Positions 1-8,721 of a stretch of 37,567 nt of DNA are shown here, in pieces (within the stretch, counting starts at the first letter, position 1; each line of letters opens with the position of its first letter). A program made the translations under genes and the position numbers. The stretch lies in the IMG/VR virus record IMGVR_UViG_3300020044_002757, positions 1 through 37,567 of that record, one strand, 5' to 3'. Below the pieces are notes generated by a model. It ran no database searches. It had not been told where the DNA came from and saw nothing but the letters and a program-made list of their open reading frames with translations. The DNA comes from a virus (Duplodnaviria; Caudoviricetes).

Positions 1-972
1 ATAACATTTATTATCTTTATAAAATGGATTCTTAACTATATGTACTTTATTAGTAGCATTCTTATTTAAATTTCTAAAGAAATACTTTTTAATTCTGAAG
101 TCAGCAATAGATTCTATTGCACCAGAACCATTATGATAATAGATGTCATTACGATCAACAACAAAGTGTTTACCATCTACTTCAATAACACAATCAGTAT
201 TAAGAATACCATAAGACTTACTATATGGAGCTACTCTAGTTGTAGCACCTATAGTTAAAATATTAATACTATCAGATGAATAAATAAATAAACTACCTCT
301 TAACTCTTGCATATCAAGAATAGGAGATGTAGAGCTTAAATCAAATTCATCAGCAGTATCTGTGGTTACTCCGGGTTGCCATACAGAAGGTACAGAACCT
401 GTAGCTGCTTGTACAGATACTCTAATAGTTCCTGGAGCGTATGTAATAGTTCCACTCTGATCTAATGTTAAGTTAGCAGCTACTAAAGAATAATTAAATG
501 CTCTAATAACTTTTGCTGTTACTGTTAATCCTGAAACATAGTTCCAGTTAGGAAGGGGTTGAAATGAAGAACCAGCAGTAGTACTACCATATAAGCAATA
601 TAGTGGTGTTGATGTACCATTATTAATAATAATAGCAAAGCCACCATTAAATAAAGTACCTTGCCAATCACTATCATCATATGAAGGATCACTACTGGTT
701 AACATAGCTGATTGATTACCAGCTGCATCTACTCTTACAATATTACCATTCTTAGCAAAGATATTGTAGCCTTGATCAGGACGTCTCCAATGGATTCCAT
801 AATCAGGCGTAATAGGTACTACTTTATAAGTTGTTTCCCCTGTGGTTGCTTGTATTGCCTCATCATCAAACCTTACGTTTAATACATCTGTAAATGTATT
901 CTGCGGTAAGATTAATGGTGGCATGTCAGAGTTCCACCCACCTCTGCCGAATTGTTCTACTGTAGTAGCCAT
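1..972 (-). CDS. Virion tail protein, probably nozzle/head-closure type; 3' end runs off the window
   Basis: Not in the ORF track. ATG at 972, open to position 1 (MATTVEQFGRGGWNSDMPPLILPQNTFTDVLNVRF...). Beta-rich; N-terminus recalls podovirus nozzle proteins. Confidence 0.7.
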   Translation of the reverse strand, partial: MATTVEQFGRGGWNSDMPPLILPQNTFTDVLNVRFDDEAIQATTGETTYKVVPITPDYGIHWRRPDQGYNIFAKNGNIVRVDAAGNQSAMLTSSDPSYDDSDWQGTLFNGGFAIIINNGTSTPLYCLYGSTTAGSSFQPLPNWNYVSGLTVTAKVIRAFNYSLVAANLTLDQSGTITYAPGTIRVSVQAATGSVPSVWQPGVTTDTADEFDLSSTSPILDMQELRGSLFIYSSDSINILTIGATTRVAPYSKSYGILNTDCVIEVDGKHFVVDRNDIYYHNGSGAIESIADFRIKKYFFRNLNKNATNKVHIVKNPFYKDNKCY

Positions 973-975
973 GTT

Positions 976-1656
976 TTAAACCTTTTCTTTTACGAACATT
1001 TTTACTAATGCACCAACAATATCCGACCTCACTACATCATTTGTTGTGAATTCTACTATTGGTATTTCGATATTATTTCTTTCGCACATTTTACAAAACT
1101 TAATGATGCCATTACCATTTGATACATCTGACTGTGATGAGTCTCCTGAAAGAATCATCTTAGAGTTTTCACCTAGCCTAGTTGTAATAGCTTTGATTTC
1201 ATCAAAGTTTAAATTCTGACATTCATCTACGATAACTAATGAGTTCTCAAATGATCTACCACGAATAGTCTCAAGTGGTTGCATCTGAATTGTTTTCTTA
1301 TTAGCTAAATATTGATACTTAGAAACGCCAAACTGTTTCTCTAGTACTGAAGTAATTGGTAATAACCAAGGACTTAATTTATCTTCTACTGTTCCGGGAA
1401 ACGAACCTAATGACTTACCTGTAGATACATTAGCTCTACTAAGGATGATATTATCATAACCACCTTTAAGGAATAACTGAGCTACTTTACTTGCACTACA
1501 AAATGTTTTACCAGTTCCTGCTGGACCTAGTGCTACTACAATTTCGAATTCTTCTATTGATTCTAGTAGTAATTTTTGATTAAAAGTTTTAGGTTGAATA
1601 TGAAATACACGAGGGACTTGAACCGAATCCCTCTGTTGTTTGGCTCTACGTTTCAA
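976..1656 (-). CDS. phoH: PhoH-family ATPase
   Basis: Walker A GPAGTGKT, RGRSF, IVDECQN and GDSSQSD motifs; TTG start with AAGGA RBS. Confidence 0.95.
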   Translation of the reverse strand: MKRRAKQQRDSVQVPRVFHIQPKTFNQKLLLESIEEFEIVVALGPAGTGKTFCSASKVAQLFLKGGYDNIILSRANVSTGKSLGSFPGTVEDKLSPWLLPITSVLEKQFGVSKYQYLANKKTIQMQPLETIRGRSFENSLVIVDECQNLNFDEIKAITTRLGENSKMILSGDSSQSDVSNGNGIIKFCKMCERNNIEIPIVEFTTNDVVRSDIVGALVKMFVKEKV

Positions 1657-1668
1657 TTATATTCCTTG

Positions 1669-1688
1669 TTCTCTATTAGGGGACGTCT
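1669..1688 (-). promoter_or_regulatory. Putative phage promoter, late class (AGACGTCCCCTAATAGAGAA)
   Basis: 20-nt exact match to 23096-23115; intergenic, just upstream of the phoH RBS. Confidence 0.75.
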
Positions 1689-1691
1689 GTG

Positions 1692-2156
1692 TTAGGGTTG
1701 TAAACCTTTTAAATATACTGTTTTACCGCCTTGTTTTGCAGCAGTTAAACATTCACATTTGAGGTTAGTTGGGTCATATGATACGTGTACCCAACCAGAA
1801 TCAGGAATACCTTGTGTGTAGAATTCAAGGATTAATTGTGTGAATTTAAAATTGTCTTTAATGTATTGAGCAAGATCACCATTAGCAACACCAGTTACTT
1901 CAATGTCTGCTGCCATGCCTTTACAATGATCTGAGGTCTTAGAACCGCCTACGGCAGCATTAGACTCAGGTGATCTATAAGCACTATTAACAGTTACTTT
2001 ACCATAATGATCTCTTACAGGTTGTAATACTTTTTCACATAATGTTTTTAAATTAGCCGTAGCTGTAGCATCAGGTGTATTATCAAGACCTAATCGAGTA
2101 GCTGTGTCTGATCTAGATAATTCTTTTAAAGTAAAGTTAGTGCTTAATTGGGTCAT
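1692..2156 (-). CDS. Endolysin, peptidase M15 family (Zn peptidase)
   Basis: NFTLKEL...SAYRS...N.AVGGSKTSDHCKGMAADI...WVHVS motifs; next to the spanins. Confidence 0.9.
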   Translation of the reverse strand: MTQLSTNFTLKELSRSDTATRLGLDNTPDATATANLKTLCEKVLQPVRDHYGKVTVNSAYRSPESNAAVGGSKTSDHCKGMAADIEVTGVANGDLAQYIKDNFKFTQLILEFYTQGIPDSGWVHVSYDPTNLKCECLTAAKQGGKTVYLKGLQP

Positions 2157-2613
2157 TTAATTTGTCCTTGATTTCATTATATTGACTAATACATACATTT
2201 AATTTGCGAATAGCTGTGTCACCTTCAGCTGTTATGGCGATAAGATCTTCAGCAATCTTTCGGTCAAGTTCGGTTCGTGTTTCTCTTGTGTCACTTCCAC
2301 TGGTAATGGTGGCGTCTGTGGTGGATTGTACACTACAGTCGGTGCTTTTGGTAGGGAGAAACAACCTGAGATTACCAGTGGCAACATCATTACGAAGAGC
2401 TTGAATCTTTTTGTTTGCATTGTTTTCTTTCTCTCTTAGTACAGTAGCGTAAGTAGTAGCTACTTGAGTCATTTGTTTTTCTTTTTCAGCAGAAACTTCA
2501 TTAGCTTTAGTTACTTCTAATGCAACTTCTACACCCTTATCATACTCACCTTTAAGATATCCAGCAGCAAATGTAACAATAGATAATATAATACCTATAA
2601 TTAAATTACGCAT
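2137..2613 (-). CDS. Rz: i-spanin (Rz-like)
   Basis: N-terminal TM, coiled coil, C-terminal EGDTAIRKLNVC; contains an embedded lipoprotein ORF. Confidence 0.85.
   Translation of the reverse strand: MRNLIIGIILSIVTFAAGYLKGEYDKGVEVALEVTKANEVSAEKEKQMTQVATTYATVLREKENNANKKIQALRNDVATGNLRLFLPTKSTDCSVQSTTDATITSGSDTRETRTELDRKIAEDLIAITAEGDTAIRKLNVCISQYNEIKDKLNDPIKH
2232..2420 (-). CDS. Rz1: o-spanin lipoprotein (Rz1-like), fully embedded in Rz in another frame
   Basis: Basic N-terminus, hydrophobic core, lipobox VISG-C, Pro-rich mature region. Confidence 0.85.
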   Translation of the reverse strand: MQTKRFKLFVMMLPLVISGCFSLPKAPTVVYNPPQTPPLPVEVTQEKHEPNLTERLLKILSP

Positions 2614-2932
2614 CAGTCATCTTACCTCTAGCATAAGCGTGAGCCGCCATGAATGCAACAACAATAGTACCCATTGCAGCACAGTATGTAGTTGCTAAAC
2701 CATTAAGGGCATTTACTTTATCTAACAATACAAGAGCAGAACCTAAATACATGATAACAATTGGAGGTAATACAAGAGCAAACCATGCCATGATGCGCTG
2801 TTGATCAGCCATCTTGTCCATGTTTTCAATCATCATCATTCGTTCAGAACGAGCTAATTCTTCATCGCTTACAATACCATTATGATCAGTATCAAATTGG
2901 TTATATACAGAATCTTTTTCTAATTCTTTCAT
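2606..2932 (-). CDS. Holin candidate with an EF-hand loop and two TM segments
   Basis: DTDHNGIVSDEE loop, two hydrophobic helices, directly upstream of spanin and endolysin. Confidence 0.6.
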   Translation of the reverse strand: MKELEKDSVYNQFDTDHNGIVSDEELARSERMMMIENMDKMADQQRIMAWFALVLPPIVIMYLGSALVLLDKVNALNGLATTYCAAMGTIVVAFMAAHAYARGKMTDA

Positions 2933-3228
2933 TGTTTGTCCTTCGTTTGTTTTCGTTCTATTTCTTTTTTAATCTGTTCTACTTCATGTAAAGTATGTTC
3001 AGCTTTTAATTGTGTCTCATATGTTTTAAAATATATAAGAGTACTTAATGGTAGTAACAAAGCTACTAATACACAGGCAGCAATCCAACCTAAATAAAAC
3101 ATACCATGATTCCTTTCTACTGGCTCAGGTATAGGAACCATAGGTGGAGGTAACCAATTAGGAATAGCGTTGCTAGTACTAGAGCTATTGTTATTTCCTT
3201 TTCCCGCTGGTCTTCCCTTTGTTGCCAT
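2929..3228 (-). CDS. Single-TM membrane protein of the lysis region
   Basis: AGGA RBS before ATG 3228; TM FYLGWIAACVLVALLLPLSTLIYF; coiled-coil tail. Confidence 0.7.
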   Translation of the reverse strand: MATKGRPAGKGNNNSSSTSNAIPNWLPPPMVPIPEPVERNHGMFYLGWIAACVLVALLLPLSTLIYFKTYETQLKAEHTLHEVEQIKKEIERKQTKDKQ

Positions 3229-3818
3229 AGTCTGTTCCTATCAAGTTTTTCTTGCTTGAGCCTAGCTTGTTCTTGTTCTTGTCGTATTACATCTCTCATG
3301 TCAAACACTTTAGAATACAATGCACCCATCTCTGGAGGGGATTGATATACCATAGTTTCTCTAATAGTAACTTCTAAAGCAGCCATCTGATCTAAAGCAT
3401 CTACTCTTAATAAAGCTGCTTCCATATGGTTCTGATTTTTATCATATACGTTTTTACTTTTATATTCTTCTTGTCGTATATGTTCAGCTAACTGTTCTTG
3501 TAATTTAAAGAACTTAGTTAATTGCTGTATTACATCTGATCTAATTTTTGTTTCATCAACAGTAACATATTTTTGTTTTTGTTTAGCTTTAGGCTTAGCT
3601 ACTATTGGTTTAGGTTTACTACCGAATATTTTTTCACGAAAAAAAGTCATGAGAAATGAGAAGATACCTTTAAGTTCTTCTACATCCCCCATTGCTTCAT
3701 CGTATGTTTCTTTTATTTCGACAAAGGATTCTTTAGCTTGCTTATAAAGCTCACAACCTTCTTTGATAGCATTAACACATTGGTATGCACCCATGAGAAT
3801 AAGACTGATAGGTTCAAT
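3117..3818 (-). CDS. Coiled-coil protein with C-terminal TM anchor; probable ATT start at 3818 (first ATG at 3794)
   Basis: Frame stays open 8 codons upstream of the ATG (IEPISLIL); GGAG lies 6 nt before the ATT. Confidence 0.7.
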   Translation of the reverse strand: MEPISLILMGAYQCVNAIKEGCELYKQAKESFVEIKETYDEAMGDVEELKGIFSFLMTFFREKIFGSKPKPIVAKPKAKQKQKYVTVDETKIRSDVIQQLTKFFKLQEQLAEHIRQEEYKSKNVYDKNQNHMEAALLRVDALDQMAALEVTIRETMVYQSPPEMGALYSKVFDMRDVIRQEQEQARLKQEKLDRNRLWQQREDQREKEITIALVLATLFLIGYLHLWFLYLSQ

Positions 3819-3819
3819 T

Positions 3820-4029
3820 TCATACTCCTATTAAATGTTTAATAAACTCAGCAGCAGTACCGGGGCCAAGTAATACACATAACATAACACCATATAACAA
3901 GTATTCTATTTTTGTCATTCTTGTTCCTGCTGCTTGAAGACTTGCGGAGATAGCTGCATAACGCTCTGCACATACTTGTTCATGAGACATTAACTTAGCT
4001 TCTGTTAATGTAACTGTAGTATCATTCAT
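3820..4029 (-). CDS. Small membrane protein, XhlA-like/holin-like
   Basis: HEQVCAERY motif, short coiled coil, C-terminal TM. Confidence 0.65.
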   Translation of the reverse strand: MNDTTVTLTEAKLMSHEQVCAERYAAISASLQAAGTRMTKIEYLLYGVMLCVLLGPGTAAEFIKHLIGV

Positions 4030-4211
4030 TATGTTACTGATACAACTTCAGGAGTTACTACTACCTGAGCTGCTGCCTCTGCTGCTTGTTGTGCTGCTAA
4101 TTCTGCAGCTTGTGCTGCTACAGCTGCATCATGTACAGCTTGTTCTTCAGGTGTATACTCAACTTGAGTTACTTCACCTGTTTGTACGTTTACTACGATT
4201 CTATGTGTCAT
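4029..4211 (-). CDS. Small fibre-associated protein (chaperone-like)
   Basis: RIVVNVQTGEVTQVEYTPEE plus Ala-rich helix; follows a fibre-tip gene. Confidence 0.6.
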   Translation of the reverse strand: MTHRIVVNVQTGEVTQVEYTPEEQAVHDAAVAAQAAELAAQQAAEAAAQVVVTPEVVSVT

Positions 4212-4214
4212 GGT

Positions 4215-4748
4215 TTAGCCTTCATAAAGAATGTTGATTGAGCCAGCGCTAATTGTAGCTGTACCAGCGATTGTGTTAATTTGAACCCTGTCTAATGCGC
4301 CAGCAAGTGCGATATATCCTGTAGCTGTTTGTACAGTAGGTTGACCAGAATATGCAATAGACCCTGAGCCTAACCACAAATTTGTGGCTGAATTTAATAA
4401 AGTAAAAACAAACTGACCTGAGACTGGTCCTGTATACGAACCGTGAGTTTGAATACCTGTTCCAGAACCAGTAGATACACCAGTAACTGATGCTGGCAAA
4501 ACTGCTGAGCCAACACTTGTATATCCGCTGGTGGTTACAGAACCAGAACCTATCTGCATATTCATTGAGATAGTTGTTGAATACGTAAGCCCCGTCATCA
4601 TGATAGTGATGCGTTTTGCCCACGATGGTATGTTTGTAAAAGTAACGGTTGTTCCGCTTGTAGGTGTTACAGCAGTATTAGAAGTAATCCCTAATACCGC
4701 ACCTGAGTTAATTGTTACGCTTGCTGATCCATCTAAAGTTAAACTCAT
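4215..4748 (-). CDS. Short fibre/adhesin protein, IPSW...ILYE paralog 4
   Basis: FTNIPSWAKRITIM...LDRVQI...AGSINILYEG; start 4748 has GGAG RBS and ATGA coupling. Confidence 0.75.
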   Translation of the reverse strand: MSLTLDGSASVTINSGAVLGITSNTAVTPTSGTTVTFTNIPSWAKRITIMMTGLTYSTTISMNMQIGSGSVTTSGYTSVGSAVLPASVTGVSTGSGTGIQTHGSYTGPVSGQFVFTLLNSATNLWLGSGSIAYSGQPTVQTATGYIALAGALDRVQINTIAGTATISAGSINILYEG

Positions 4749-5371
4749 GCCCATGCTCCTACGCTAGTATTAGCACCAGCTGCGCCAATAGGGTTAATTT
4801 TAATAAAGCTACCAGCAGCTGTTGAATAAGCACCACCAGGGGCGGCTGATAGCGTGTACTGCGGAATGAATGTGCCGCCAGCATTGATAGATACTGTTCC
4901 TTTTAAAATTACAAACCAAGTTATAGCCGCATTTGTGGTTGTCATATTTGTATTTACATTTGATGCTGTTATTGCAAATGATCCATAAGATGAACCTATA
5001 GAAGCAGCAGATGTAACAGAAGTCGCCACGCTCGCACTTGAAAGATAATAAATGTTGTTTAATGTTGCTGTGCCAGCAAACCCTAGACCAACTATATGTG
5101 CTGTTGTGCCAGCAGACTTGCTTAACGCAAAAATCATTTCAAACTCATAAACAGTGCTTGCTGACAAGGTAACGCCAACACCAAATATGCTTTGTGCGCT
5201 TGTTCCGTTTGCGCCAGCCAATGCAGAATCAAGTCTGTAATATTGCTGAGTTGGAACAATGCCTCGTTGTGTGCCAATAGGCGTAGCTGTGATAATAGGA
5301 GATGAATATTCAAATGCACCTGCTGTAGGTGTAGTTACTAGTGTCTCTGAAGTTAAGACTAATTGTGACAT
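4745..5371 (-). CDS. Short fibre/adhesin protein
   Basis: Ser/Thr/Ala/Gly-rich beta protein inside the fibre array. Confidence 0.65.
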   Translation of the reverse strand: MSQLVLTSETLVTTPTAGAFEYSSPIITATPIGTQRGIVPTQQYYRLDSALAGANGTSAQSIFGVGVTLSASTVYEFEMIFALSKSAGTTAHIVGLGFAGTATLNNIYYLSSASVATSVTSAASIGSSYGSFAITASNVNTNMTTTNAAITWFVILKGTVSINAGGTFIPQYTLSAAPGGAYSTAAGSFIKINPIGAAGANTSVGAWA

Positions 5372-5374
5372 AGT

Positions 5375-5953
5375 TTATCCTTCATATAAAAGGTTGACTG
5401 AACCAGCATCAAACAAATCTGTGCCGTTGACTGTTGTAATGCGAACAGCAGTAAGGGGAGCACCAAGGGTTAAGCTTCCACCCCCAAGCACTGTAAGGGC
5501 AGTTGATAATTTTGCGGTATGAGAACTGATCCATATATTTCCGCTTACATTAGTAAGGATCATGTGACCTGAACATGCATAAGCAGCATTATCTTGATAA
5601 ATAACAAAACCAGCCGCTGAACTAGTTGTAGCAACTGTTGCTGCAACAACACTACTAGTAGCTAAATAACCGGATGTTGTATATGTTGTTGAACCAGTAC
5701 CAAGTTGAACTAATCTAATTGAAGTTGCATTTTGACTAACTTCATTAAACATTATTGTAATACGTTTAACCCATGATGGAATACTAGTAAAATCAATAGT
5801 TGTTCCAGATGTAGAAGCTATTGCAGTATTCAATATATTCATTGAATTAGTACCAGTACCCGCTTGAAGTGTTAATGTGTTTGTACCTGCAACAGCTGGA
5901 GCAGCTACTGCTATCTGCCCTGAGGTATCCCCTGCTATAATAAGTGAACTCAT
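5375..5953 (-). CDS. Short fibre/adhesin protein, IPSW...LLYE paralog 3
   Basis: Start moved to MSSLIIAGDTSG (AAGGA RBS); FTSIPSWVKRITIMF...DAGSVNLLYEG. Confidence 0.75.
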   Translation of the reverse strand: MSSLIIAGDTSGQIAVAAPAVAGTNTLTLQAGTGTNSMNILNTAIASTSGTTIDFTSIPSWVKRITIMFNEVSQNATSIRLVQLGTGSTTYTTSGYLATSSVVAATVATTSSAAGFVIYQDNAAYACSGHMILTNVSGNIWISSHTAKLSTALTVLGGGSLTLGAPLTAVRITTVNGTDLFDAGSVNLLYEG

Positions 5954-5963
5954 GTATATTCCT

Positions 5964-6173
5964 TCATAATATAACCCATCTACTTCCACTAGGTATACTC
6001 ACTGAGTTACCTGAAGTAATAGTGATGGGTCCAACAGAATGAGCTGATGAGCCACTTGTAATAGTGTAAGATGAAGTTACTGTTAATGTGTTTTCGTAAA
6101 TAGGGACTGATGGTGAAAAGGCTATACCTGATCCACCACCAATCATTTGAGATGCTACTTTAGTTAGTGCCAT
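5964..6173 (-). CDS. Small fibre connector protein
   Basis: MALTKV N-terminus plus IYEN...VGPITI...IPSGSRWVIL module. Confidence 0.65.
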   Translation of the reverse strand: MALTKVASQMIGGGSGIAFSPSVPIYENTLTVTSSYTITSGSSAHSVGPITITSGNSVSIPSGSRWVIL

Positions 6174-6178
6174 AATGT

Positions 6179-6700
6179 TTACTCATATAAAATGTTGATG
6201 GAGCCTGCATCAAAGGTGTCTGTACCGTTGACTGTGGTGATGCGGACTCGATCTAATGTGCTACTAGTGGTAACATTTCCACCGCCATTATTTGCATTGG
6301 CTGTTGAATTTAAACCATTATGTGAGCTGATCCAAATATTTCCGCTTATATTGGTTAGCATCATATGTCCAATAAAAACATTTGCCGCTGTTGAAATGCG
6401 AATAACAAACCCTGCTGTACTATTCGATGAACCCGTTGCATTTGCGCCGTTGTAATTATTTCCTGTTGAAATGTATCCCGTAGATTGCACAGACCCAGAA
6501 CCAACTTGAATCAACATATCGGAGGTTCCAGACAACGAAACACCATTAAACATCACAGTGATCCGCTTTACCCAACTAGGTATACCTGTAAAATCAACAG
6601 TTGTTCCTGATGTAGAAGCCTGTACAGTACTACTAGTAATTAACGATCCACCTGAGTTTGCATTTGAGCCTATTGCGGCTAGATTAACTGCTTTTGTCAT
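6179..6700 (-). CDS. Short fibre/adhesin protein, IPSW...ILYE paralog 2
   Basis: FTGIPSWVKRITVMF...LDRVRITTVNGTDTFDAGSINILYE. Confidence 0.75.
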   Translation of the reverse strand: MTKAVNLAAIGSNANSGGSLITSSTVQASTSGTTVDFTGIPSWVKRITVMFNGVSLSGTSDMLIQVGSGSVQSTGYISTGNNYNGANATGSSNSTAGFVIRISTAANVFIGHMMLTNISGNIWISSHNGLNSTANANNGGGNVTTSSTLDRVRITTVNGTDTFDAGSINILYE

Positions 6701-6969
6701 GTTGTCACCTTTGGATACTTAGTTTTAATTGCTTGTATGGTTGCTAACATTTCAGCAGCAGCATCTCCACCTTTCCATAAGGCATCTAATTGATCGCCTA
6801 TAGATGGATACTCTGATAAACGTTTACTCTTGTATGCGTAAGGATCAATCCAAGCATTAACAGCAGTTATATCAATCTCAACTTTATTTCCATCTTTATC
6901 AAATGCACCTTCTGCATCATCAATAATAACAACTTGTGAATAAAGAGCATATATTGCTTCATGGTTCAT
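6697..6969 (-). CDS. Tail fibre assembly chaperone-like protein
   Basis: YKSKRLSEYPSIGDQLDALW...IKTKYPK; coupled to the upstream fibre gene. Confidence 0.7.
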   Translation of the reverse strand: MNHEAIYALYSQVVIIDDAEGAFDKDGNKVEIDITAVNAWIDPYAYKSKRLSEYPSIGDQLDALWKGGDAAAEMLATIQAIKTKYPKVTT

Positions 6970-7991
6970 GCTGCAATCTCCATAATTGTAATTGTTGATG
7001 TAAACGCAGAATCACCCGCTGCTCTTGAATTTAAATATAGAGTGCTTCCAGTTGTTCTGCATTGGATTTTGTATGTTGTTGCACTTGTTGTTGCAGGAGA
7101 ATCTAAAAAGTTTATAGAACACGGAATAACAGCATCCGCAAGAGCACCATAAGCAATAGCTGTTCCTGTAGCAACCGGGCTTGTTGCTGGTTGCGCAATA
7201 TTGGTAGTATCTCTAACCAAATTAAAAACACCCAAAGCCGTTGTAAGACTTGTTGAATAGGCAAAATTTGCAAAAACTAATATTTTGCTTGTTGCGCTTG
7301 TTGGGGTAATAGAAGCAGACAATCCTGTTACATCAACAAATGATGTTGATGCTGTAGAAAATGCATTTGTCTTTGTTGTACTTACAACTTGCAATACAGT
7401 TCCTGCTGGCATAGTACCTTTAGGGATAGTTCTAGAACCTGTTAATTTAGAAGATGATACATCAGAAATGTAAGCGTCATTTACAGCACCTGCAGTAGCG
7501 GGAATAGCATTTAATACACTAGATACATAGAATGATTCAGTAGTTACTATATCACCTACTGTACATCCACTAGCTAATACTACTGTAGTACCTGTAGAGG
7601 CCGTATAATCAGCTGCTGCTAATCTAACACCATTACGATACACATCAATATAACCTACTGTATAACTAGGTACTGTAAAAGATGTCTGCCCAGATGTAGC
7701 AGTAAAGTCTGTTATTGTTCTGTATGCAGTATTAGTTACACCTGAAGCGGGTATACCAAGATAGCGTACTGAAATATTAGCTGTACCACTTGGAGGAGGT
7801 GCAGAGAATGTTAAAGTAGTTCCTGCTACTGAATATGTAGATGGGTCTTGTACTACGCCTGAAACAGCTACTAATACAGATGATGTATTAGCAGGTGCTA
7901 CAGACATAGTGAATGTTAATTGAGCGCCTGTACCATTAAAAGTATCCGTTAAGAAGGCTGTAGTTGAAGGTTGATTACCTATATAACTCAT
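6966..7991 (-). CDS. Multi-domain tail fibre protein (MSYIGN type)
   Basis: Two small beta modules plus C-terminal GTVLQVVS...STITIMEIAA domain. Confidence 0.75.
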   Translation of the reverse strand: MSYIGNQPSTTAFLTDTFNGTGAQLTFTMSVAPANTSSVLVAVSGVVQDPSTYSVAGTTLTFSAPPPSGTANISVRYLGIPASGVTNTAYRTITDFTATSGQTSFTVPSYTVGYIDVYRNGVRLAAADYTASTGTTVVLASGCTVGDIVTTESFYVSSVLNAIPATAGAVNDAYISDVSSSKLTGSRTIPKGTMPAGTVLQVVSTTKTNAFSTASTSFVDVTGLSASITPTSATSKILVFANFAYSTSLTTALGVFNLVRDTTNIAQPATSPVATGTAIAYGALADAVIPCSINFLDSPATTSATTYKIQCRTTGSTLYLNSRAAGDSAFTSTITIMEIAA

Positions 7992-8000
7992 GTATCCTCC

Positions 8001-8564
8001 TTATTCGTATAAAATATTAATTAAACCAGCATCAAAGGTGTCAACTGGAGAGCCAGTGTTGCTACCAATAATTCTAAGCACTGACAATGTTCCAGCTATT
8101 GCTTTTGAACCACCAGCCATTGACGCAGTATTAACACCAATTCCTGCACCAATAGCAGACATTACCCAAGTATTGGTTGCGCTATCTGCAAGACTTAAAA
8201 ATACAGTTCCGCTATGCAAGTTTGCCGCAGAGTTTGTTCCAACAATTAGCCATTCTGTGGTGAAACTAGTAGAAGATGTCGGGGTATAACCATACCCAGA
8301 ATAACCAGAAGTTTCAACACCAGCAACAGGTCCAATCTGAACAGCTAAACCACTTGCACCATTGGTACTTACGCCAGAAAGCATAATAGTCACTTTCTTG
8401 ACCCAGCTTGGTATTGAGATAAATGAAATACTTGTACCTGAAGTAGAAGCAACAGCAGTATTACTTGTAAGAACTCCTACCCCTGTTGGAGTTCCTGCTA
8501 TTACAGGGCTTGTTAAAGTCAATGGGGCATTTAACCCTGATTGATCGATTGTGCTTATAGGCAT
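8001..8564 (-). CDS. Short fibre/adhesin protein, IPSW...ILYE paralog 1
   Basis: FISIPSWVKKVTIML...DTFDAGLINILYE. Confidence 0.75.
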   Translation of the reverse strand: MPISTIDQSGLNAPLTLTSPVIAGTPTGVGVLTSNTAVASTSGTSISFISIPSWVKKVTIMLSGVSTNGASGLAVQIGPVAGVETSGYSGYGYTPTSSTSFTTEWLIVGTNSAANLHSGTVFLSLADSATNTWVMSAIGAGIGVNTASMAGGSKAIAGTLSVLRIIGSNTGSPVDTFDAGLINILYE

Positions 8565-8719
8565 TAGCTATTCTCCTCTGCGGGTAATGGTGTATTGCCT
8601 TCTGCAAGCCATGCAAGGTAGGCTTGGTTGGTTGATGTATTAACCCAGTTTCCTGTTGGTACGCCATCAAAAAACTCTTGTGCAAATTCACTGTTTGAGT
8701 TCAATTTATATGTTTTCAT
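8564..8719 (-). CDS. Small fibre chaperone-like protein (51 aa)
   Basis: Not in the ORF track. MKTYKLNSNSEFAQEFFDGVPTGNWVNTSTNQAYLAWLAEGNTPLPAEENS; fills the gap exactly, TAATG-coupled to the next gene. Confidence 0.8.
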   Translation of the reverse strand: MKTYKLNSNSEFAQEFFDGVPTGNWVNTSTNQAYLAWLAEGNTPLPAEENS

Positions 8720-8721
8720 TT

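Noticed and set aside
8461-8691. ORF-track 76-aa minus-strand ORF
   Set aside because: Wrong frame; 8564-8719 fits the gap, is coupled to the next gene and has a chaperone-like motif.
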